This document shows, one piece after another, positions 27,301 to 39,300 of a stretch of DNA of 64,000 bases. The notes below the pieces were generated by a model, which was not told the DNA's origin, did no database searches, and was given only the letters and a program-made list of their open reading frames with translations. The DNA is from Convolutriloba macropyga (Eukaryota). Within the stretch, counting starts at the first letter, position 1, and every line of letters begins with the position of its first letter. Location of the stretch: the NCBI RefSeq assembly GCF_964194025.1, contig NC_134468.1:6200001-6264000 (forward strand). The letters are read 5' to 3'. Position numbers and translations under genes: made by a program.

Positions 27301-30300
27301 TTCAGATAAAAAATGAGGTCTCAGATTGGGGTTTAGCCTATGCCCTGTCAGATCTATTGAAATAAGTTATTTTTGTTAAATAAAACTTTTGATCTTTCTC
27401 TTTATTAGTTCAATGAAGTTACAATATTGTCCCCATACTTTTGTCGTTGAATAAAAGTCTCTAAAGTGGTTTGGTCGGGGGCCCAGAAAAACCTCCACAG
27501 ATATAAATGAAAAATTTCAAATTACTGTTTTTTCCTTTCTCTAGTAATTTTGTTTTCTGTAGTTTTCCTGTACACAAGGAATATCACAGGTCTTCCTTCG
27601 GGAAGGTATTGTGTCAAATGAAGTAAGAGAAAATAAACATAGGAAAATCAGTATTTTAAAAGGTTTATTATGTTTCAAAGAAAACGGTAATTAATTTTTT
27701 ATAAAACTTATCGTCTGTTTAACTATCCGATTCACCTGTCTTACAAAAATTTTTGTGTTTCGGTTAAATCAAAATCATTCGAAACATTAAAAAAAGTTTA
27801 CAAAATGGGTACTAAGAGGAATTGAACAAAATTGCAGAACGCAAAAAAACGTGTTTTCTCTGTTTATTGTCTTTTGAATACTTAGATTTTATGAGGAAAT
27901 CTACAATTTCTTTTGTTTGCAAACAAAATTGTATCATAGAATATAATTATACATTATTATATAGTTCGATTATAATTTTTCTAGCAAATATATTTATATA
28001 GTTTAACATTTCGACATCCTCTGCAACGACGCAATGACCATACACAACCCCCCACCAAAAAAATAAGTAAATAAAAAACTTTCCTTTCCTTTTGTTCTCT
28101 GTTCATTTATAAACAGCTACTCTTCTTCAAAGTAATAAAATTAGAACTTTTTAAAATCAAATCTTGCCTCTAAGAAGGGCTACAAAAAGGTGTTTCAATG
28201 TTTGTTCTCTAAGATGCCAATACAAAGATTGGCAAAATTCAACGAGCAGCAAAACCAACTTAATTTTGAAACTGATCGAAGTTATTCGTAGTATGCGGGT
28301 CATATGAAAACAACAAAAACAAAAGATGTTATACAGTTTGACAATAAATTTTTCTCAATTCGAGAGAGTGATCGAGAGAAAGAGTAAATAAACACATTTA
28401 ATGGCTGCTACATTTTTTTCTGGTCAGCGAAAATATGAAGACATCAACAATAGTGAATTATTAACATGATTGATGTCCAATTCGGAAGTTCTAGTTACCA
28501 CCACTTGGATGCATAAAATGACATTAAAAAATGAAAGAGTAACAGAAATTGAAAAACTTAAAAAACTTGGAAAATGAAAGATTTTCCGACTTCAAAGAGG
28601 ATGACAAATTATTCTAAATACTTTTTGCCAGAATGATTTGAAAATGTGACACTTGTCAATTTTTACACGAAAAGTTAGTTTTCTAGCTCCGATTTTTTTA
28701 TTCCATTCCTCGCACATAAAAATAGGGTACATGGAATGAAAAACTTCTTATTATCAAGACAACACTTGACAAAGTAAGTGACCATAATTTTTCACTTAAT
28801 TTTATTAGTTCACTAAAAGTTTTCAACTGGTTCTTTTTTAAACTTTGAGTTTATGTTAAAATCTGATTTATATTATAAAATAATTGATAATGCATTTAGA
28901 TTTTCATACCCTTGATTCTGGCAAAACTATATCAACACAAGAGCTCCGAATAGTTTTTTTGTTTCGAAATAAAAAAAGTACTCAACATTGCTGCGGAAAT
29001 GATGCTTCAGCGGAGTTTGGAAGAATTGATAGTCAAGAGAACTTTTCGTCTCAGAACACCAAGATTTCGAAAATTTTTAGACTTGTGTTGGAAAATTTTG
29101 TGCTGCACAGTCTCGAGCGAACCGTCTTGTTTAATAGATGTTATATGCTGCAAAAAAAAGATGGCGTTCGACAATCCAACCTCACTGCTCATAGAAAACA
29201 CGGGGGAAAAATTGCAACACTAGCGTTTTGAGGACGATAGACATATGAACTTCACTTATATACATTAGATAAAATGGCCATTTTTAATGGGATTACGCGG
29301 TCAATGAGATAGGATTTCCAATGAGACGGGAAACAATACGGGGCTAATGTCGGATTTCTCGAAAATATATACTCGATTTTTTCAGTTAATTTGACGACCC
29401 CTGTTTTAAGATTAGTTGCGTGAGTCAAAACTGGTTTCACTCAGAAAATCTAGTTCGCTTAAAACTGGATATATGTGTAGTTATATTTTGTGATGCCTGT
29501 TTTTAGAGCTAGTGTGAAAACTTTGGAAAAAACTTCGCAAAATTAACACGCCGTTAAGTCACACTTTTCCACGCTATAAGTAACTCTTTCCAATTAACTT
29601 AGAAAGGTTAAATTGAGCCGAAATGAAAGAAAGCCCAATTGCTTATTAATATCAGTAATGCTCCTCTCGATGCTAAATGCGGATTAAGATGACGATTAGC
29701 AGCTTTGCAATTACCCATATTATTGTTCACAAGAACAAAGTCTTTGAATTGGGTCTGAAGTAATTACAAACAACATTTGGGCAGGACGGTTTTAGGCTGC
29801 TTACATGCTCAAAATTGTGGGAATGGGCTACGTTCATCCGTGAACACTAGTTACAAAATCAAAGCCTTTTCATACGATATAAGTAACTTATTTCCATGTT
29901 TTTTGTAACTATATTCCATCGTGGAAAATGGTAACTAAAAATGAAAAATAGGACAAGATTGTATCAAACGTTTCCACAAAATGCAACATTTATTGCAATT
30001 TGCCTTTTAGGACATTGGCCACGTTATGAAAAGTATGGCTCAGGTGAATCCTACATAGATCATAATACAATTTCAAATTAAAATCGAGGAAAACTGAATG
30101 TTACGTTGCTGTCTGTTTCAGCATTTTGGTGAAAAACTACCTGAAATATGATGTAGATATCAGTATTGAGATTCAAACGGCACAATCACTGAAATTCCCA
30201 GCTGTGACAGTTTGTAATGAGAACCCTTTGCGGAGATCTCTCGTTGAACGGGTCAATAAATTCGACGACTTGGTTCTCTTGGATGACTATGCAATGAGCT

Positions 30301-33300
30301 ATGTGTATTCAGTTGCAGAGAACACACATACCAACTTGAACTTCCCAGACTGTGCTGAAGGATTCGACGCATGTAGCAACACAAAAGTATGCAGAAAATT
30401 AAACAGTTACTGTCTAATTATGCCGTACATTATATTGCGAAATTGCTCGGATTGAGAAAAATTATGAGGCACAAAGCTTGTTCAGATCGCAGACCCCGTG
30501 GCTAAAATAGGCTATGTGCACAAAAACATTTTAAATTAAAATTAGGACACTCGTCATTTTAAACCCAGAACTTTGAGAATGAATTGCAACCAAAAAAGAA
30601 TTGCAACTTTGATGAAATGGAAAAAAAAGATGATGACGTAACACAAGATAAAATTTTGGAAAATGAATAAATGTGAACTATGAAAGCAGGAACGAAAAAT
30701 GCACTCAAATTATCCGAAGAATAATTAAATAACGCGAGCTGCGAGCACCTACACAATGATATGTTTCATTGGGAACTTCTGGTCAGAAATTGCTCAAATA
30801 ACTCTGGAATACCCAAAATTTATACAAATGTGAAAAAGAATTTAAAATCCATTTTCCCTTAAGCTTGTGTTTCGCTATTGAGCACCTCTTTCGTATAAGG
30901 AAACTGAGAATAATCCTAACGTTCTATGTAAGGGAAATCTGATTGATATAGCAACAAGGCGGCTCGGTAATGTGCGATGGCACATAAGGTTCCGACCCAG
31001 CCCATCCACAATTTTGGTATAATTGTCTACCAAATGAGGAACAGATGGAAAAAAACCCAAAAATTATTTTTTTGCGAATCCCAAAAAAGCCCAAGCCTTT
31101 TTCAAAAAACTCTGTATGAACGATAAGATAGCCTCCAAAGCAAATAACTCAGTGGAGAAAAAATTTATGCATTAGATTGCTGTAATATGTCATTATTAAG
31201 AAAGCGAGTCAAGAAGAACAGCAAAATCAAACAACAACAAACATTAATTACATCAAAAAATTTATGTCCCTCTTAAAAACTAAATTTAATAACAAAGTCA
31301 ACATACCGTCAGATAAACCTAAAACTAAACAAAAATAACTTATAAATCACCAGAAAACATATGCGACCAGTCCATAAAAAGGTTTGGTAACAATTATACG
31401 AAAAAGAACAAAAACAGTAAAGTAAAAAAATTAACTTATTTTTTTGAAACAGTTAACTTCAAAGTAATAAATACCATTAGGAATCAATTAATATTACTAC
31501 AAATTTACGATTACCGCTGCTTCTATAGAAGGGCATTAGGACCTGTCCTTATTCATTTTTGAAAGCGGCTAAAAAGAACAACAAAGACAACAAAATTTCA
31601 ATTGAAACTTGCCAGAAAACGCTGTCAAAACCGTCAAGCCAAATTTTGGCACTCAAAATATATTTGATAGCGCCTTCTTCAAACAGTTATAATGTAGTAC
31701 GTGGCCATTCATTAGAAGGACTAGGTAACAAAAAAGCGAAGTGCTAAAGTATGTAATACTTTTAATTTTTTTTTTGAAACAAAATTACATTCGATGTCAT
31801 GAAAGGCATTAATTACAAAAACAGCTATTTAATTAGGGTCGTTTATTCATGAAAAGGAAGCCCTCAAGACCTGTAATTATCCAGAATATTTCTTGCATCT
31901 ACAAAAAGAACGTCAAATATGACAAAAATCAAATTAATTGTGAAAAACCGTTGTCGAAGCCAGTAAGGTCATAACAAATTCTTTAAGAAAAAAAATTTTG
32001 GGACAACAATCTTTTTATTCCCTTGACACCCATAATGTCATATTTGACCTGTAATTAACTAACGAGATTAGGAAACAAAAAGAAACATAAAAAGAACAAA
32101 ATTGCGAAGTTAAAAAGTTTTTTTTTTAATTTTGGAAAACGATTGTTTTCAAAATCATGAAAGCCATCAGCTATCTACTAATATCAGAATATTGGTTCTT
32201 CTATTCTTCCATGAAAAGCCAATGAAAGCTATCACTATACAGGAAACTTCATACGACCGAAACGACAAAGTATAAATGACAGTTAGAGACAAAATTAAAA
32301 AAAATCAATTGATTTCTTCAAGAAAGAGGCGTCGAGGCCGTTAAAACGATGATGTATATCTTTCAGGATTTTAATATGTTCGATTGTGTCTCATTCTGAA
32401 TGCTAATAAGGTGACATGAGAACTGTCAATAATGTGACAAAATTAGAAAACGTGAAAAACTGGCAAATATCAAAACAAACAAAAATCTGAAATCTTGTAG
32501 TATCAAAGCCAGAAAACAATAACTTCAGGCTTAAAACTGCAACCGAGAATAAATGTTAAATCATTAGAAAGAAAAAGCAGTCTTTCTTTGCTGACACTAA
32601 GCTGGAAGTTGAACAAATTAAGAAAAAAAATAGAGGAAAAGTTAATAAAGCCATTATTTATTGAAAAGTCAATTAATTTTAAAAAAAAGAAACGCCCATG
32701 AACTTTCAATTAAAAAACTAAATGCATTAGCTTGGAGCCGCTGAGCAAGCGAATTGGTTGGACCTATCACTCCTGAGCTTTGATTTGATTTGTTCTGTTC
32801 TTTATTATTATAAAAAGGTCTTTTTTTAAAAAAAAAGACCGACTGATTACAACCCATTTTTTTTGGATTGCAACAGTCCAAGAATGGCCCAAAACTAGCC
32901 CTGCTAATAATTATTGTCCATAAGGAACAATTGACTTTTCGAATGTTGTAGATATAGATAATTTGTTAGTTGAAAACTCAAAATAAATTCTGCAATTTTG
33001 ATAATCAACGAGTAAAGTTAGCACAAAACGGCAAAGCTTTAACTACAGTGCACTCTCAGCGGACTCTGAAGTAGAAATAGCCCCCCTCTGAGTCTACAAA
33101 GATTGTATGGGTGTTTTTTGGGGGTGTACTGTCGGCAAATTTAATCAAAGTGGACTAAAGTAGCTTATTTCGTGCTGTTTTTGATGAAAAAGGCTAAATT
33201 TTGAAATGTTTATCCAGATTTTTTGACCAAAAAAATTAAATCAAAACAATCAACAATGCTTGTTCGTCTTCAAAAATAAAATCAACGACACTATTCTTAA

Positions 33301-36300
33301 AAATTATAACAAATTTTAGCAAAATTGACGAAAATTTAGGCAAAAATTCCGGAAAATGTGAATAAAACAATGTGAATTCACTCTTCTTTTCTCAGAAGTT
33401 TAAACCTCGATAACTCCCCGTAGAAAACGAAAATTAAAAAAATCTTTTTAATTCCATATTCTACGCTGGACGAGCTTTCTAATGATACCAATCTCAACTC
33501 TCTACGATGAATATATCGAGCGGCGAAAATTCACGGAACAAAAAAAACCCATTTGAGTATATAGTTCCTCCCCCCTCAAGAGGGTCGGAACAATAAGGTA
33601 ATTAAAATGTTGTTATTAACTCAGTGACCCTGACTTCGCCCTTAATTCAAGGTTCGCGTCACCAAATCAAGAACATATCTGTGACATGCCCACGGTCAGA
33701 TGTGTGTCGTCTAAATACAAAAGCTTAAGAAAGTTTAAAAGTTTTTGCACACTATCATTTAGACTTATTCCAGAGGGACCCATGGGCCCAAAATTAAAAT
33801 TCGCTTGGAGCAAATTTAAATTTTTGTAGTTTATATACTTCTGACTTGAGCATTTGTTTATGCTCTGCACTGCCTCCTTACTTCATATATGTACATGCAA
33901 AGTAGAGACTAATTCAGTGTTTTTTTAAAAATAGAACTGAAGGATGATTCTTTCAGGTTTGCATCTCTCATCAATGGATCTGCAATGGCATCGACAACTG
34001 CGGAGACAACAGTGATGAAGAGCTACCATACAACTGCACTGAAATACAAGAGGAAAGAAAAGCTAACAGAACTGAGGAGCAAGGTTAATAATTTCGCACG
34101 GCTTCATTCAGAAGTGACCGACCAATAACCCAAATTTTTGATCACGAGAGAGCTTTGCATTTACCCTGCTTTACCAGTTGAGAGACTGCTAGTTGATTAG
34201 TTGCACATCAAAAACATTTCGTTATCTCTTCGCAAAAGATATCTATCGGCCAACATTTGCTAAACAATAACTCGGCCTGGTATAAAATTCCTAAACTCAT
34301 ATAAATTTGGAGGACTGCGGAATAAAACTAGCCAAAGTTATTGCCCAATTTTAGGCATTTGCAACTGGCCCTATATTCAGTGTCCAGACGAAGAGCTCTG
34401 CGCAGTAAAATGTGACAACCGCTCTGAGTGTACAGAGACAAAGGGTTACGACGAGAGTCTAAAAGCTGGATGTACCGACAATTCATGCATTTTTATATTA
34501 GAGGTTACTTTGTTAAAATGCTCTTGACTAATCTTAAAAGTAAAAAAAGTTTTTTTGGCTATGACTCAGCTTTATTTTACATTGATTTTACAAATTTTAT
34601 GTCTCAAATTTGAAATTTTACGTCGTCCCGTTAGGAGGATATATTTGTTTTCATATTTTTCATCTTTCGAAACAATACTGAAGAATTGACTAAGCAAAAT
34701 ACAAGATTAAAAATGAAAAGATAGCCAAAGTCGTGGCAGAGAATTGCATTTTTGGGACAATAACCCGTTAATTTTAAATTCTGAGATGCATTCCTTGTAG
34801 CACTCTGCTTATACAATGAAATCAGCTCTCTAAATGCAGGAAATATACAAATTGAAGCATCAAAACTAAAATTACTAATGTGTCTTTCAAAATAATAATA
34901 ACATAGCTGGCAGATTGCCAGAAAATAGCCGCAATAGATTCGTAGATCGGCAGTCTAAAAAAAACAGTAAAAAAGACAGACCAAAAAAATTCGTCTTTTC
35001 ATTGAAGGCTGATCTGTTATATTTTGATTAAAAATCTGTATAAGTTTTTGCTGCCTCTATTAGTTGATCTCAAATAACCTTCATTTAGAGTGACACACGC
35101 CCATTTGACCTTATCTCTTTGAATTAAAGTAAATAAAAGTCAATTTCAAAGTGAGGAAGTCATTTTTGAGAGTGAGGTAAGTCAAGTGTGACCGAAAATT
35201 TAATCACGCGCATGAACAAAAAAAACTCGCTCCACTAAGAGCGAAAAATGACGTCACACCACCAATTCAGTTGAAATTGCATGAACGAATGAACAAAAAG
35301 TGGCTGTGACGTCATATGGTCGTAACAAAAATCATGACGACGAAATAAAAAAAAACCAAGAGAAGGCCAATAATAGCCCCAGCTATCGCTGTGCGGCTAT
35401 TAATAAGTTATACTAATGGAATTACGCTACAATGAACATCTATTGTCTGTCTTTGAGATTTATATAGCTCATTAGGCTGTCATTACACTGACTAAGGATA
35501 ACTAATTAATTAACGGACAACTGACTAAGCATTTTTTTCAGGCTAATCTTACCGAACAATACATCACTTCTGATAACTATCCCAACAACTATGATTCAAA
35601 CACTGACTGTTTGTGGTGGATTGATGCTACAGAATCTGATGACAAGATTGACATAACATTTGAAGATCTCTTCGCTGAAGGAGAGACAGCAGCTATTGAC
35701 ATACAAATCATATACTGAACCGTAATTTCTCCAGAAAAAAATTACTCCTGATAATTGCGTAAGCATCATAATTAAACTGGAAGGCTGCAGAAGAAATGAA
35801 TGCAACAGAAAAATTAGCCAGATACATTTAAAGAGTGAGATGCGCTAAATTGGAAAGTTTTCAGAGAACAAAAAACGAGATCACCGATTTTTATAGAACA
35901 TTCAGCGCTGCTAAAAACTTCCAAATTTATCAACTATCGCAGACTTAGAATAGTTCTGACAACTTTTACCTTTGCAGCGTTTAAAAAACGGTGCCAAAAT
36001 ACGGAGCGTGAATTCTTTTAGAAGTTTTTAACTTTTGTTTCTCGATTTTCCGAATGATTTTTGTCTTATTATGACTAGATTTTTTAGGAAGTTCCATATT
36101 AGAAAAAAAAATAGTTTATGTTGTGAGAAATTCAAATTAAATACTAAGCTTAATTGAGATTGGGTTTGATAGTTCTTTTGTCTACCCATCTAACAGGCTA
36201 GTGTGTGTGTGTGTGTGTGTCTGTGCGCGTCTGTGCAAGTGTGTCTGTGCGCGTGTTTCTGTGCGCGTGTGTCTGTGCGCGTGTGTCTNNNNNNNNNNNN

Positions 36301-39300
36301 NNNNNNNNNNNNNNNNNNNNNNNNNNNNNNNNNNNNNNNNNNNNNNNNNNNNNNNNNNNNNNNNNNNNNNNNNNNNNNNNNNNNNNNNNNNNNNNNNNNN
36401 NNNNNNNNNNNNNNNNNNNNNNNNNNNNNNNNNNNNNNNNNNNNNNNNNNNNNNNNNNNNNNNNNNNNNNNNNNNNNNNNNNNNNNNNNNNNNNNNNNNN
36501 NNNNNNNNNNNNNNNNNNNNNNNNNNNNNNNNNNNNNNNNNNNNNNNNNNNNNNNNNNNNNNNNNNNNNNNNNNNNNNNNNNNNNNNNNNNNNNNNNNNN
36601 NNNNNNNNNNNNNNNNNNNNNNNNNNNNNNNNNNNAAATATTTTTCAAACAGTAAAATATAATGGCTTTGCAGGTTAAATACAAGCTATTTTGACAACTA
36701 ACGTAGCTTAACTGTCAGGTTTAATGGTCAAAAACTCCACGGCAAAAACTCCACGAAAAAAACAACTAATTTTAGATAGGAAATAAATCCCACTTTTAAA
36801 TTTGAATTTTGGTCGTGCTAATTTGTTAATTTTGATAAAAGTCACAAACTGTTGCTACAATTTGAGTTTTGACTTCATTAGATTGGCTTCATTCTTCACT
36901 CGTCCTCCTCAAATTGCGCTCACAGAGCAGATGTTGAGCAAATATATCTATATCAAACAATCAGCACCTCAAAGTAGAACAGCCACAAAATTGCTCATTA
37001 AGTATTTTTGCGTGTCTTCACGTTTAATTGCTATCACGCAACCTGGCATTAGTACAAATATTTGTATTTTCCCCAGTGAATAGAAGGATTGGTCTTAGGG
37101 ACTACATTAAAACAATTTTTTTTTTGCATTAATTTACATGCTAAATGGTCCTAAATGGACTCTTTTGGTCCTAAAACGAGAAAAGGCGCATTGGATAGTC
37201 GCATCGCTAATACGAGGCCAATGCACGCCGAATTTTTCTTAACCGGGACAATTTTTAACTCCGAACTTTTCGTATTTGTCGATTTCAAAAACAGAAATAG
37301 ATGTTGAAATAAACATATTTCGTGGAGAAAAAATAGGACAATACCAAAACTAGAATGATCGTATACATGTCAATTTGTTGCTGATCAGGATCACCAGGCG
37401 ACTGTTTTGATTACGTTGAACTCTACGACGGACCAACAGTGAACGCATCAGCTATCAAAATCGACGGCCGACAGAAGGCTTGTGGCTATTCGAGCCCAAA
37501 GAAGAAAACATACAGCTCGACGGGGAGTTCACTTTTAGTTCGATTTGTATCAGATCAACTGAACAACTTTCGAGGATTTAGAATATCTTATCAGGCTAGC
37601 ATTGGTTTCCTCCCGTGAGAATTATTAAACATAGCCGGCAGATTGCCGGAATAGCTGCGAAAGAACAGACCTGCGTGCCATATAATAGATAGAAACAGAT
37701 ACAGATCTAAACTGAAAAAAAAATCGACGACGCTCAAAAAACTAGGTAAAAAACATTCAGCGATGAATTAATAAAGCTTGTTATAATTTATTCCACAGAA
37801 GCCTCTTATTAGGGACCTTTACTGCACATATGAGTTCCTTTGACCTTAACCAAATTCAAATAAAACTTGAGTTTTAAAGTGAAAAGTCATTTTATTGAGT
37901 GAGGTAAGTCACGTATGATCAAAATCTAATCACGCAAATAACCTAAAAACTTTTGCTAAAGCGAGTGAGAAATGACGTCACGCACGAAAATACCGTTAGT
38001 GAGAGGAAGAAGTCATTCGGAAAATTTGACTTTTTCAGCTTTGCTGTGTGAACAAATGTAAAACGAAAAAAGAGCGTCAGACGACGAAACAAAAAAACCA
38101 AGAGCACCGCAATATAGCTACGCTCAGCTTACAGCTTCGCAGCTATAATAAACATAGCCGGCAGATTGCCGGAATAGCTGCGAAAGAACAGACCTGCGTG
38201 CCATATAATAGATAGAAACAGATACAGATCTAAACTGAAAAAAAAATCGACGCCGCTCAAAAAACTAGGTAAAAAACATTCAGCGATGAATTAATAAAGC
38301 TTGTTATAATTTATTCCACAGAAGCCTCTTATTAGGGACCTTTACTGCACATATGAGTTCCTTTGACCTTAACCAAATTCAAATAAAACTTAAGTTTTAA
38401 AGTGAAAAGTAATTTTATTGAGTGAGGTAAGTCACGTATGATCAAAATCTAATCACGCAAATAACCTAAAAACTTTTGCTAAAGCGAGTGAGAAATGACG
38501 TCACGCGCGAAAATACCGTTAGTGAGAGGAAGAAGTCATTCGGAAAATTTGACTTTTTCAGCTTTGCTGTGTGAACAAATGTAAAACGAAAAAAGAGCGT
38601 CAGACGACGAAACAAAAAAAAACCAAGAGCACCGCAATATAGCTACGCTCAGCTTACAGCTTCGCAGCTATAAACAAACGTAGCCGACAGATTGGCCGGA
38701 ATAGCTGCGAAATAGAATTGCATGCTGTATAATACAGATAGAAACAAACATCTGTAAGTCCGCAGAAGCCTTTTTATTCGGAATTTTTATTTCACGTATC
38801 AGTTCCTTTGACCTTAAACTAATTCAAATTAAACATAAGTTTTAACCGTTTTTGAGAAATTTTCGATCACAGCCTGTTTTCTCGGTCTACTAAAAAATAA
38901 ATGTCAAAAATCATGGAAATATGTGAACAGATTTAAAAAAAAAACAGCTCCCCAATACATTTCAAATTCTTTGAATTGCAAGAAACAGCGAACAGATCAA
39001 TATAACTAGGCTCAACTTACAGCTTTGCAGCTATAAGAATTTTTTTCTCCCAGTAGAACTGTTTTCAGCAAAAAATCTGCATTTGGCAAAATATCTGCAT
39101 TTGCCAAATTTGCATCTTATAGAGAGTTCTAGCATTTCCTACACAATTAGTATTTTGTTTGATTTATAAGCACTACGGAATAACTTTTGACCTAATTTTG
39201 AATTTAAAAAGATTTAGCTACAAAACCAAAATTACACCTTTTGTTGACAAAATTTTCGTTGATAGTTTTCTATAAACTGCTGACAGATAATTGCAACACC

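Noticed and set aside
36190-36684. ORFs spanning the N gap; possible hidden exon
   Set aside because: Artefacts of microsatellite plus Ns. The CUB sequence is continuous from exon 6 to exon 7, so no missing exon is required.
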